Translations under genes and position numbers: made by a program
Shown here: positions 39,752-49,563 of the stretch, one piece after another
Position numbering within the stretch: position 1 is the first letter of the stretch
Layout: every line of letters starts with the position of its first letter
Notes under the pieces: generated by a model
The model's input: only the letters and a program-made list of their open reading frames with translations
What the model was told of the DNA's origin: nothing
Databases searched by the model: none
Assembly (NCBI GenBank): GCA_963817915.1
Contig: CAWFQL010000017.1
Coordinates: forward strand, 51,239-115,238
Direction of reading: 5' to 3'
DNA length: 64,000 nucleotides
DNA from: an uncultured candidate division Zixibacteria bacterium
GTDB lineage: Bacteria > Zixibacteria > MSB-5A5 > UBA10806

Positions 39752-40063
39752 ATGCACGCAATAATTGAAACAGGCGGAGAACAGGTACCAGTCGAGCTCA
39801 ATGGTAAATGCAAAATTCCCCGCCTTGAGTCTGAGGTCGGCAACGAGGTCAAATTCGATAAGGTACTTCTTATTGCCGACAAAAATGCGCCCAAAATAGG
39901 CAAACCATATATAAGTGGGGCCTCAGTAAAGGGTGAGGTTATAAGTCACGGCAAGCTTGACAAGGTGATAATCTTTAAATTTAAAAGACGCACCAAATAT
40001 CGCCGTAAAACCGGACATCGACAGGGCTATACCGAGGTTTTAATCAAAGCGATAAATTCTTGA
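39752..40063 (+). CDS. rplU: 50S ribosomal protein L21
   Basis: MHAIIETGGEQVPV...KFKRRTKYRRKTGHRQGYTEV. Confidence 0.95.
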   Translation: MHAIIETGGEQVPVELNGKCKIPRLESEVGNEVKFDKVLLIADKNAPKIGKPYISGASVKGEVISHGKLDKVIIFKFKRRTKYRRKTGHRQGYTEVLIKAINS

Positions 40064-42381
40064 TAAAAAAAGCCTTATTCATTTCGAACATACTGGTTTT
40101 TTGGTTGATTCTGGGCGCGGTATCTGCTCAAGCTCAACAATCCGAGAGCGGCCCCGGCGAATCCTGGGGAAAATCCATATTGTCAGTGGCTGTAAGGGGA
40201 ATCCAAAGCGCTGATTCATTCCTTGTAATAAATTCATCCGGATTAATAACGGGGAATGTTTTATCACCTGGGATGGTTCAGGACGCGGTTCGGGGCATAT
40301 ACGCGATCGGAGTCTTTTCCGATGTGGATATCGACGTGGCTGCAATAGGCAGTGGAGTCAATGTTACTATTGTAGTTAAAGAATATCCCAAGCTGAGGAA
40401 GATAAAAATCAGCGGAAATAAGAAAATTAAAAGATCCAAGATTGACGAAAAATTAACATTATTTGAAGGCAGGACAGTTTCCCCAAGCGAAATAAAGAAT
40501 AATATCGAACGAATAAAGTCGATGTACTCGGAAAAAGGATATTTGCTTGCCACAGTAGATGTAAATAAAATCCCTGTAGTCGATAATCCTGCCCAAACTG
40601 ACCTCGAATTCAATATTTCCGAGGGCGGCAAGGTCAAAATCGGCCAAATAACATTCTCAGGTAATACAATCTATATAGGAAGCAAGCTTCGCGGAAAAAT
40701 GTCGACCAAGCAGAAATCATTTTTCCGATCCGGCAACTTCGAAAAAGATAAATATCTCGAAGACAAAGATAAAATAGTGACATTTTATAAGGATAATGGG
40801 TATATCGATGCCGTCGTTCTCGGCGATTCTATCTGGTATTCCAATGATAAAAGCCAGATGTTTATCAATATCAGGCTAAGGGAAGGAAACAAGTATTATT
40901 TTGGCAAGGTGAATTGGGAAGGCAATAATAAATTTACCAATGATCAGATCAAAAGCTGCATAGAATTCAAAGAAGGCGGCATTTACGACCAGAAAAAATA
41001 CGATGAGAGCCTGGGTAAAATCAGCGAAATGTATTATGATTTTGGATATTTATATCTTCAGATAGATGATAAGGCTTCTCCTCGCGGCGATACAATGGAT
41101 TTCAATCTGAAATTAACCGAAAACAATCCGGCGAAAGTCCGCATGATCAATATTGTCGGCAATACCAAGACCAGGGAAAATGTCATTCGCCGCGAATTGA
41201 TGATAATGCCGGATACGATATTCAGCCGTCCATTGCTGATAAGATCATTGAGGGAGGTAATGACCCTCAATTTCTTTGAAAATGTCACACCAAATATGGA
41301 AACATTGCCGAATGGCGATATCGATTTGAATTTGGAAGTCAAAGAAAAACCGACAGGCCAATTTTCGGTCGGCGCGGGTTATTCTCAGACTGACAAGCTT
41401 GTGGCCAATATCGGCCTTGGCGTACCCAATTTACTTGGAACGGGGCAGACAGCTACCTTGAATCTAGAATTGGGCAAGCTTCTTAATAGTTTCGATATTA
41501 GCTATCAAGAGCCCTGGCTATTGGGCACCCCGACATCGATATCATTGAATTTCTATCTGCAGGAGCATTTGTATAATAGTTGGTATACCGAGCAACGTTT
41601 AGGGGGAAATTTCCAGGTTGGCAGAAGGCTGAAATGGCCCGATAATTATTTTAGAATTTTCTCTGGATATAGACTTGAACAGGTTGATTACAGCGGCATT
41701 AGCGCAGATTATATAGCCGCGAACGATTCCAATCGATTTTCAGTAGATAAATATAAATGGCCGTTATCGACTTCGGCAGTATCATTATCTATAATCAGAG
41801 ATTCCAAGGATTTGCCGCAATTTGCCACCAAGGGTTCTATCTTGTCATGGCATGGAGAAATGGCCGGAATGTTCCTTGGCGGGAGCTGGGACTATTACAA
41901 AGAATTTTATTCTATTGAATATTACAAAACCGTATTCTGGAAATTTGTATTGATGGGCCGTGCCAAATACGGCGAAATATCAGGCCTTCACGGCGATGCC
42001 AGCATACCGTATAGCGACAGGTTCGCGCCGGGAGGGGTTGATCCCGACGGCACGATTCGAGGTTATGATGACGGTCTGGTTGGCCCATATGATAGCAGGG
42101 GAGCGTTCTTAAAAGGGCGATTCGAGTTAATTTATAACCTGGAATTGACATTGCCTATAAGTGATCAGCAATTCTATATACTTTTATTCTCCGATGCCGG
42201 TAATGCATACCGCAATTTGGAAAATATTCGTCTCACCAAAGGGTATATGCGTTCGGTAGGAGTAGGTTTTAGAGTGATAGTTCCCTATGTTGGTATCATG
42301 GGATTTGATTTTGGATATCCCTTCGATGGTCATGAAAAGGGGAAATGGAAACCCCATTTCCAAATTGGCAGGGGATTTTAG
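40060..42381 (+). CDS. bamA: outer membrane protein assembly factor BamA
   Basis: 773 aa with a signal peptide, repeated POTRA-type modules (I.F.GN..., Y..GY) and a C-terminal Omp85 barrel ending FQIGRGF. TTG start overlaps the rplU stop (TTGA). Confidence 0.9.
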   Translation: MIKKALFISNILVFWLILGAVSAQAQQSESGPGESWGKSILSVAVRGIQSADSFLVINSSGLITGNVLSPGMVQDAVRGIYAIGVFSDVDIDVAAIGSGVNVTIVVKEYPKLRKIKISGNKKIKRSKIDEKLTLFEGRTVSPSEIKNNIERIKSMYSEKGYLLATVDVNKIPVVDNPAQTDLEFNISEGGKVKIGQITFSGNTIYIGSKLRGKMSTKQKSFFRSGNFEKDKYLEDKDKIVTFYKDNGYIDAVVLGDSIWYSNDKSQMFINIRLREGNKYYFGKVNWEGNNKFTNDQIKSCIEFKEGGIYDQKKYDESLGKISEMYYDFGYLYLQIDDKASPRGDTMDFNLKLTENNPAKVRMINIVGNTKTRENVIRRELMIMPDTIFSRPLLIRSLREVMTLNFFENVTPNMETLPNGDIDLNLEVKEKPTGQFSVGAGYSQTDKLVANIGLGVPNLLGTGQTATLNLELGKLLNSFDISYQEPWLLGTPTSISLNFYLQEHLYNSWYTEQRLGGNFQVGRRLKWPDNYFRIFSGYRLEQVDYSGISADYIAANDSNRFSVDKYKWPLSTSAVSLSIIRDSKDLPQFATKGSILSWHGEMAGMFLGGSWDYYKEFYSIEYYKTVFWKFVLMGRAKYGEISGLHGDASIPYSDRFAPGGVDPDGTIRGYDDGLVGPYDSRGAFLKGRFELIYNLELTLPISDQQFYILLFSDAGNAYRNLENIRLTKGYMRSVGVGFRVIVPYVGIMGFDFGYPFDGHEKGKWKPHFQIGRGF

Positions 42382-42424
42382 TCTGATAAGCAAAAATAAC
42401 ATATTGTTTGTATAAGGAGACTAT

Positions 42425-42937
42425 ATGAAATGGGTTATTTGCGCCGTACTAATGCTTTTCACTCCGGTTATCGCCATGGCGCAGGCAAAGATCGGGTATG
42501 TAGATTCACAGAAAATATTTGCCCAATCGCCTGAATTTCAGGAAGCCCAGGCCAAATTGGACAAGGAAGTTGAAGACTGGCAAAGCCTGGCAGCTACGAT
42601 GAACGATGAAATCAAAAAGCTGAAAGAGGATTCCGAAAAGAATTCACTGGTATGGTCATCGTCGAAGAAGAAGGAATCTGACGCCCTTCTACAAGCGAAA
42701 CAGGATACATTACAGCAATATCTCGATGCGACATTCGGGCAAAACGGTAAGGCAGAAAAGCGGATGGCAGAGCTTTCCAAGCCAATTAAGGATAGGATAA
42801 TTGGTATAATTCGTCGCATCGCAATCGAAAACGATTACGATATAGTTCTCGACGCGGCCAATGTAAGTATTGCCTATGCCAAGGAAAGCCTGGATTTAAC
42901 CGATGAAGTCATGGCGGAATTAGCCAAAGAGAAATAA
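42425..42937 (+). CDS. skp: OmpH/Skp-family periplasmic chaperone
   Basis: 170 aa with a signal peptide, KIGYVDSQKIF and a long coiled-coil region. Sits in the bamA-skp-lpxD position. Confidence 0.85.
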   Translation: MKWVICAVLMLFTPVIAMAQAKIGYVDSQKIFAQSPEFQEAQAKLDKEVEDWQSLAATMNDEIKKLKEDSEKNSLVWSSSKKKESDALLQAKQDTLQQYLDATFGQNGKAEKRMAELSKPIKDRIIGIIRRIAIENDYDIVLDAANVSIAYAKESLDLTDEVMAELAKEK

Positions 42938-43957
42938 ATGTCATTTACTCTCGGCCAGATTTCCACTGAAATCGGCGCCACCCTTAAAGGCGATGCGGGC
43001 TTAGTTATAACTGATTTGGCGTCTATAGAAGCGGCCTCGACGGGCGAGTTATCATTCGTAGTATCTCCAAAATATAGAAAAGAAGCAGAATCCTCGAAAG
43101 CATCGGCGCTAATCTCGTATCCGAAATTCGAATCAAAATCCAAATCTCTTTTGGTCATGGATGATCCATACCTTGGTTTTGCCAAGGCTATGAGGCTTTT
43201 TTATCGATGTTTTCCTTCGGTTACTCCTGGAATCGAGAAAACTGCGGTAATAGCAGATGGGGTCGCAATTCCCTCAGATACTTATATCGGGCATAATGTC
43301 GTTATTTCTAAAGGCGCGAAGATTGGCAAGGGAGTAATAATACAGGCGGGAGTGTTTGTCGGAGAAAATTCGGTAGTTGGCGATAATTGTGTAATTTATC
43401 AGAATGTGACTATTCGTGAGAATATCGAAATTGGGAACAGGGTCGTGATTTATCCCAACGCCGTTATAGGATCGGATGGGTTCGGGTACAGATGGGACGG
43501 CGTAACCTATTTGAAAATCCCGCAAATAGGCACGGTCGTAATCGAGGACAATTGCGAAATCGGAGCAGGAACGACAATAGATCGTGCCACTATGGGCAAG
43601 ACAATTATCGGCAAGAACACCATAATAGATAATCAGGTTCAAATCGGTCATAACTGCATAATCGGTCCTGGGTCAGCAATATGCGCGCAGGTGGGGCTGG
43701 CAGGAAGTACGACGCTCGAAAAACGTGTAACTCTCGCCGGGCAAGTCGGAGTGGCCGGACATCTGACAATCGGCGAAAATTCATTTATAGAAGCGCAATC
43801 GGGCGTGGCATCGGATACTCCGCCTAATTCGATCTATTTTGGCTATCCTGCAAAGGACATAAAAAAGGCCCATAAAATTGAGGCTATAATCAATCATCTT
43901 CCGGAATATGTAATTAGAATTAGAAAATTAGAATCGCTCTTCAATAAAAAAAGCTAA
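42938..43957 (+). CDS. lpxD: UDP-3-O-acylglucosamine N-acyltransferase
   Basis: 339 aa with an N-terminal LpxD domain (ELSFVVSPKY), then left-handed beta-helix hexapeptide repeats. Confidence 0.9.
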   Translation: MSFTLGQISTEIGATLKGDAGLVITDLASIEAASTGELSFVVSPKYRKEAESSKASALISYPKFESKSKSLLVMDDPYLGFAKAMRLFYRCFPSVTPGIEKTAVIADGVAIPSDTYIGHNVVISKGAKIGKGVIIQAGVFVGENSVVGDNCVIYQNVTIRENIEIGNRVVIYPNAVIGSDGFGYRWDGVTYLKIPQIGTVVIEDNCEIGAGTTIDRATMGKTIIGKNTIIDNQVQIGHNCIIGPGSAICAQVGLAGSTTLEKRVTLAGQVGVAGHLTIGENSFIEAQSGVASDTPPNSIYFGYPAKDIKKAHKIEAIINHLPEYVIRIRKLESLFNKKS

Positions 43958-44033
43958 CAAAAGCATCAAGGGAACATTAACGCAAAAGGGTTCGTTAAGC
44001 TTTCCGAGAGAGAAGAATATTATTTAAGGAGTC

Positions 44034-44366
44034 ATGATGTCAAAAATTATAGAGATTAATGAGTCAAATTTCGAAGAGGAAGTAAAAAAATCGGATGTGA
44101 CTGTCATGGTTGATTTTTGGGCCACCTGGTGCGGGCCCTGCCATATGATCGCGCCATTTGTCGAAGAAGCGTCAACTGTGTATGATGGGAAGTTGAAAGT
44201 CGGCAAGATTGATGTTGATAATAACCAGGATCTGGCCTCGAAATTTTCTGTGATGTCGATACCGGCATTGATATTTTTCAAAAATGGCAATGTTATTGAT
44301 CAGATAATCGGCGCGGTACATAAGAAGGTTCTATTCGAAAGAATTGACAAGGTATTGGCCAAGTGA
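44034..44366 (+). CDS. trxA: thioredoxin
   Basis: WATWCGPCHMIAP active site. 110 aa. Confidence 0.95.
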   Translation: MMSKIIEINESNFEEEVKKSDVTVMVDFWATWCGPCHMIAPFVEEASTVYDGKLKVGKIDVDNNQDLASKFSVMSIPALIFFKNGNVIDQIIGAVHKKVLFERIDKVLAK

Positions 44367-44776
44367 AAAACGATTATCAGGATTCCAGTGTAATTGACAA
44401 AATTATAAAGGAATCGAAAATAATCGCCGTAGTCGGTCTTTCGGATAAGCCAGACAGGCCGAGTTATGGAGTAGCCCGGTATCTCCAATCTCGTGGCTAT
44501 AAAATAATTCCAGTCAATCCCATGCTTCACAGTGTATTAGGCGAAACGTCGTATCCCGATATCGGTTCAATTCCCGGCAAGATTGATGTAGTCGATATTT
44601 TCAGAAAAAGTGAAGATGTTGGCCCGATAGTAGACGCGGCGATTGCCAAGAAGGCCGGTTCTATTTGGATGCAGGAAGGTGTTGTAAATGAAGACGCGGC
44701 ATCTAAGGCTGCAGCGGCAGGGCTGGATGTGGTCATGGATCTTTGTATGCTCAAGGAACATTCCCGAAGGAAATAG
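44363..44776 (+). CDS. CoA-binding domain protein (YccU/YneT-like)
   Basis: IAVVGLSDKPDRPSYGVARYLQSRGYKIIPVNP...VDIFR. Confidence 0.8.
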   Translation: MKNDYQDSSVIDKIIKESKIIAVVGLSDKPDRPSYGVARYLQSRGYKIIPVNPMLHSVLGETSYPDIGSIPGKIDVVDIFRKSEDVGPIVDAAIAKKAGSIWMQEGVVNEDAASKAAAAGLDVVMDLCMLKEHSRRK

Positions 44777-44805
44777 ATTAAAATCTATATGGCGGGGATA
44801 GGTGA

Positions 44806-44838
44806 AGTCAATAATCGTTCGGATCATTGACTTTTTTA
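44806..44838 (+). terminator. rho-independent terminator after the CoA-binding protein gene
   Basis: agtcaat-N13-attgact stem followed by tttttt. Confidence 0.6.
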
Positions 44839-44982
44839 TTGCTCTTTCTTCAATATCATGGGATTTTATCAGGGGATAGCCCGATCTTCCGGGAGAAGGA
44901 TGAATGATTTGCTTAACGCTTGCCCGAATACTGCCGATGCTATATATTGAGTAAAACATAAATATATAAAGATGGGTGAAAG

Positions 44983-45453
44983 ATGATAAAAGAGCCATAC
45001 AAAAAGATCTCCAAGACGGTAGAGTCTTTGATGGAATGGAATGGTGGCATGGGATTCACCTGCAAATCCGGTTCCGGACATGATATTATCACTGACGCTT
45101 CTTCGCAGCACGGTGGTGGGGATTTGGGGGCCAGGCCGATGGAATTGCTTCTGTTTTCATTGGGCGGATGCACAGGCATGGATATCGTTACTTTTCTGAA
45201 AAAGAAACGTCGTGATATCAAGGATGTGAAATTAAAGCTTTCCGGGCAGAGGGCGCCGGTACATCCACACGTATTTGAGGCTATAAGTATCGAATATATT
45301 ATCAGCGGTTCGGATTTAACCGACGATGATATCCGCTGGGCGATAGATTTATCGCTCAATAAATATTGTTCAGTAGCGGGGATGATCAAGAAAGTATGCA
45401 AAATTAATTTTAAATGGAAGATTATTCGTACAAAGGCCGGTGATAGTAAGTGA
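44983..45453 (+). CDS. OsmC/Ohr-superfamily protein (YhfA-like)
   Basis: RPMELLLFSLGGCTGMDIV and NKYCSVAGMI motifs. 156 aa. Confidence 0.75.
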   Translation: MIKEPYKKISKTVESLMEWNGGMGFTCKSGSGHDIITDASSQHGGGDLGARPMELLLFSLGGCTGMDIVTFLKKKRRDIKDVKLKLSGQRAPVHPHVFEAISIEYIISGSDLTDDDIRWAIDLSLNKYCSVAGMIKKVCKINFKWKIIRTKAGDSK

Positions 45454-46286
45454 ACGGTTATAGGCCATTTAGATCAGATTTCCAGAATACCATAAACGGT
45501 ATGTTTCCGCCTGCAATTCAATGGCTGCTTTTGATCAATGCCGCTTTGTTTCTGATTCCAAGGATAATCCCGATTAATATAGATTTATTCGACCGGATAT
45601 TTGGCCTGGTGCCCGCGTATATATGGACAAAATTTTACTTGTGGCAATTGGCTACGTATCTTTTTCTGCATGGTGGATTCTGGCATATTTTCATGAATAT
45701 GCTGATTCTGTGGATGTTTGGAGCTGAACTTGAGCGCACCTGGGGTAGTCGCGAATTCGTAAAATTCTATTTTGTCGCAGGTATCGGCGCCGGTATCGTC
45801 AATGTGATTTTCGCGGCTATAATGCCGGCGATGTCATACACGCCGATCATCGGAGCGTCGGGTGCGATTTATGGAGTGTTAGTGGCATATGCCATGCTTT
45901 TCCCAGATCGTTATGTACTCCTTTATTTTCTGATACCAATCAAGGTTAAATATATGGTGATTGGTTTGGTCGCGATTGAATTCGCGTTATCCTATAATGC
46001 CGATGGTGTTGCCCATTTTGCGCATCTTGGTGGGGCGCTGGTTGGATTTTTATATTTAAAATCCGACATGAAATGGCGTATCAAGCGCTGGTCTCCGATC
46101 GATTATTTCAAGAGGGTAAAGGCCGAAGCCATGGCCAAAAAGCGAAGTGAAGGCATGAAAATAATGGATGAAGTCGATGCTATCCTGGATAAGATCAACC
46201 AGGTGGGATATGATAATCTTACCCGTCGCGAAAAGAAAATTCTGGAAAAAGCTTCAGATAATCTTTCCAAGCAGGATAGAAAATGA
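45450..46286 (+). CDS. rhomboid-family intramembrane serine protease
   Basis: GASGAIYG (catalytic Ser) and HFAHLGGALVG (catalytic His). Six TM helices plus a charged C-terminal tail. Confidence 0.85.
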   Translation: MNGYRPFRSDFQNTINGMFPPAIQWLLLINAALFLIPRIIPINIDLFDRIFGLVPAYIWTKFYLWQLATYLFLHGGFWHIFMNMLILWMFGAELERTWGSREFVKFYFVAGIGAGIVNVIFAAIMPAMSYTPIIGASGAIYGVLVAYAMLFPDRYVLLYFLIPIKVKYMVIGLVAIEFALSYNADGVAHFAHLGGALVGFLYLKSDMKWRIKRWSPIDYFKRVKAEAMAKKRSEGMKIMDEVDAILDKINQVGYDNLTRREKKILEKASDNLSKQDRK

Positions 46287-46365
46287 GATTTAAGTATAGG
46301 CCTCGACTGTCCGATGGATATTCTGTAATACTATTTTCGGCCGGAACGCGACCAATGGAGGGACA

Positions 46366-47454
46366 ATGAAAAAGATTGTTGTGGCCGAGGCATCCTCGAC
46401 AATCAAGAGTGTGGCCGATTCTCTCCTGCGCCAGAACGGATTCGATGTTTACTGTACATCGGATGGGCTTCAGGCGTGGGAAGTTATCACTGCTGAAAAG
46501 CCCGATCTGGTAATTGCCGGCGCTGTACTTTCGGGAATCTCAGGCCTTGAATTATGTCGTCAGATGGTCGGGGATCGAATTTCCGGCGGAATTCCCACTA
46601 TTATAATGTACGGGGCCAAAGACCCTGTGAAACAGGAAGATATTTTGTCATGCGGCGCGAGGGGCCAATTGAAAAAGCCATTTTCGCCTCGTGATTTGCT
46701 GGATATAGTGAATAAATTGGTTGGCGCGACCGGCGATACTTCGGCCGCCAAAATTAAAACTAGTGTCGATAGAGAAAGCGAAAAAACATTCCATGGTGTT
46801 AATGTTCAATCTACCGGCGTCAGGAGCGAATCGAGCAAGAAAGTAGTTTATAATCTCGATTGGTCCGACTTGAACGAGACCGGCGGCAAAAAGGGAGAAC
46901 AGCCTAAGGTTAAGAGCATTGATCTTTCCTCTGAGGATCAAGGACTTTCAATAGAAGAGGATCAATACGGATTGACCAGCACCGACGAAGCTCGTGACAA
47001 CGCCGTATTTGTCGGCAAAAAGGATAAAGACGAAGATTATGACTGGTTTCTTAATGAGATGCAGAGGGAGTTGGAAAACAAGCCGTTAGCGGCGGATCAC
47101 GGCAAAATTAGAGAAGAGAAATCATTTAATACCCCTAAGCCGGCCCCTGAAAAAATATCAGCGGGCAATTTAAATTATGACGATATTAAAGCCCCTGCAA
47201 AATCCACAGACTACGAAGATTTTATATCAGGCATCGATGTTGGGGAAGAGGAAATTCCGAAGCTGGGCGAGCCCGCCAGGGCACTTCCAGTTACACCCAT
47301 AATAGACAAGTTCAAATCGGAACCCCATGTTAAGCTTTCCGAAAGCGAAATAGATCTTATTGCCAATCAGATAGCCACCAAATTGGCGACCGCAATAGCG
47401 GCAAAAATTGATAAAAGCCAGATAGTACAGATTATAAAGAATTCACTCGGATAA
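46366..47454 (+). CDS. response-regulator receiver-like domain protein lacking the canonical phospho-acceptor Asp, with a long acidic C-terminal extension
   Basis: CheY-like fold over residues 1-120 (KKPF Lys conserved). By alignment to CheY, D12/D13 are A/E (VVAEAS) and D57 is Gly (DLVIAGAVLSGISGLEL). Confidence 0.6.
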   Translation: MKKIVVAEASSTIKSVADSLLRQNGFDVYCTSDGLQAWEVITAEKPDLVIAGAVLSGISGLELCRQMVGDRISGGIPTIIMYGAKDPVKQEDILSCGARGQLKKPFSPRDLLDIVNKLVGATGDTSAAKIKTSVDRESEKTFHGVNVQSTGVRSESSKKVVYNLDWSDLNETGGKKGEQPKVKSIDLSSEDQGLSIEEDQYGLTSTDEARDNAVFVGKKDKDEDYDWFLNEMQRELENKPLAADHGKIREEKSFNTPKPAPEKISAGNLNYDDIKAPAKSTDYEDFISGIDVGEEEIPKLGEPARALPVTPIIDKFKSEPHVKLSESEIDLIANQIATKLATAIAAKIDKSQIVQIIKNSLG

Positions 47455-47491
47455 TTAAAGATAATTGAATCCTTATTAAGCCAAAGATGAA

Positions 47492-47530
47492 GCCGCCGTA
47501 AGATTGAATTTTGCGGCGGTTATTAATTTT
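47492..47530 (+). terminator. possible terminator after the receiver-like gene
   Basis: gccgccg...tgcggcgg imperfect stem followed by ttattaatttt. Confidence 0.3.
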
Positions 47531-47599
47531 GGTTGCGTTGAAGCGCCGAAATTACGATTTTATGACAGATGTTATGACAACTATGATTTGGAGGAATAA

Positions 47600-48316
47600 A
47601 TGGATTTAGTCGACATGTCGGTAGGATTGGCTTTTATCGCCGGACTGTTGTCGTTTTTCTCGCCGTGCGTGCTGCCATTAGTGCCGGGATATCTATCGTT
47701 TATATCAGGTGTTTCCATCGACGAATTGAAAACCGGAAAACGGTACGATTTCCTGTTGCGGGTATTGATCAATATTCTATTTTTCATATTGGGTTTTTCG
47801 GTCGTGTTTACGTTGATTTTTGTCTCGGCATGGGGAGTCAGCAGTTGGCTGGTGGAATACAGGGATGTATTAGGGAAGATATTTGGAATTCTCGTAATTC
47901 TATTCGGCTTGCATTTCATGGGTGTCATCGATTTTAAAATGCTCAATTATGAAAAGCGAATGCATCAGAATAAAGGGCGATCGGGCATTGTGAGTTCCAT
48001 AATTGTCGGAGTTACATTTTCATTGGGATGGTCGCCTTGCACTGGGCCGTATCTGGCAACGATCGCGGGGCTTGCCAGCGCCAAGGAGACTGTCTGGCAG
48101 GGATTCGGTTTTCTGCTTTTTTATATAATTGGATTAGGAGTTCCATTTATAATTTCGGGATTACTTTTCAATGGATTTGTGAGTTTCGCGTCGAAAGTGA
48201 AGAAATTTCTCAGGGTCATCGAATTTGGCGGAGGTTTGCTCCTGGCGATTGTAGGCGTGTTACTGGTTTTTGGCAATTTGCAACAGATCGCGAATGATAT
48301 TATCGACTTTTTCTAA
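47600..48316 (+). CDS. ccdA: cytochrome c biogenesis thiol:disulfide transporter CcdA/DsbD-core family
   Basis: FFSPCVLPLVPGYLSFISG and SLGWSPCTGPYL motifs. Six TM helices. Confidence 0.85.
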   Translation: MDLVDMSVGLAFIAGLLSFFSPCVLPLVPGYLSFISGVSIDELKTGKRYDFLLRVLINILFFILGFSVVFTLIFVSAWGVSSWLVEYRDVLGKIFGILVILFGLHFMGVIDFKMLNYEKRMHQNKGRSGIVSSIIVGVTFSLGWSPCTGPYLATIAGLASAKETVWQGFGFLLFYIIGLGVPFIISGLLFNGFVSFASKVKKFLRVIEFGGGLLLAIVGVLLVFGNLQQIANDIIDFF

Positions 48317-48517
48317 AAATAAAGTGGACAGGGAACCCTTTCCGATGATTCCGCGTTGATTGTAGCGGATTTGCAGAATATGGAAAATAGTAGGAGTTAG
48401 CTGTAAACAAAGGATAATAAGGGCTGCGATACGCCCGGGCAATTGGACTTATTTCAGGGTTCAAAGCCGAAGCTTAAACGCCAGGATTTTATTTTATCTA
48501 AAGATGGAGAATGAATA

Positions 48518-49351
48518 ATGAAAAACTTAGATTGTTTTGTCAACGATGGCGAATTATTCTTATATCTTGACGGTGAAATAAATGCAGATAGAAAAAGAGC
48601 TATCGAAGGGCATCTGTCAGCGTGTCCTGATTGCGCGCAAAAACTCGAAATTGAACAGCATATAAAATCGTCTATACATGACAATTGCGCTAATTCCAAG
48701 GCTCCGGTTGCGCTGCGGGAGAAGATTATTTCCAGCTTATATGATAATTCTCTGGAATTTGAACAGGGATTTTGGTATCGGATTAGAATTTTGATGGCGG
48801 GAAAGCCGCTTGTCCCTATAGCGGCGGTGGCTGTCCTGATGATAATATTTTTTGGCGCGGTTATGTTCAGGCCGGCGGTACCGGGCTCGGTCGCGTTGAT
48901 CAACGGGGCGATTCAGGAACATTATGAGCATGTGCAGAGTCCGTCGACTCTGGGAATAATAAGTGACAGCCTCGCCGAAGTATTGCAATGGTTAAGCTCT
49001 AAAACCGGCAAGCAGGTCAAGATACCGAATCATCCTTTGATGACAAATGTAGTTGGCGCCTGCACCGAAAATGGCCCGCACGGGAATATTTCATGCGTCT
49101 TCTTCGACTATGATACCCGCCGGATTTCATTTATTATTTCGACGGATTCTTTTGAGGATATCCCGGGGTATGAATCGAAAATTATGAATAATGTTGAGTT
49201 CCATCATGGCAATAATACCGGGATTAATTTTGTTACCTGGAAGAAAAACGAAATGAGTCATATCCTCGTGGGAAATTTCTCACCGGATACGTTGATGGAG
49301 CTGGCCGGACAAATGTCCAATGTCAATAATATTGTGGCCTCTTCATATTAA
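48518..49351 (+). CDS. zf-HC2-type putative anti-sigma factor (single TM)
   Basis: N-terminal H-x3-C-x2-C (GHLSACPDC), central TM helix and an extracytoplasmic domain. No sigma-factor gene is adjacent. Confidence 0.55.
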   Translation: MKNLDCFVNDGELFLYLDGEINADRKRAIEGHLSACPDCAQKLEIEQHIKSSIHDNCANSKAPVALREKIISSLYDNSLEFEQGFWYRIRILMAGKPLVPIAAVAVLMIIFFGAVMFRPAVPGSVALINGAIQEHYEHVQSPSTLGIISDSLAEVLQWLSSKTGKQVKIPNHPLMTNVVGACTENGPHGNISCVFFDYDTRRISFIISTDSFEDIPGYESKIMNNVEFHHGNNTGINFVTWKKNEMSHILVGNFSPDTLMELAGQMSNVNNIVASSY

Positions 49352-49563
49352 TTATCGGAATTTATATTTCCTAAAATTTTTATATTCCATAACTCTCAAA
49401 TATGCTTGCGCTGGCTTTTTAAAGATTTATCTTGAAACGGCAATGCGTTAGATTTAGTGGTTTTGACGGAAATAAGAGACCAAGGATCGTTTTCGTTAGC
49501 TGGTAATTTGGGGATTGATAATGATTGAAATAATCGTATTCAATGCGAGTCGCCCGAGAGATT

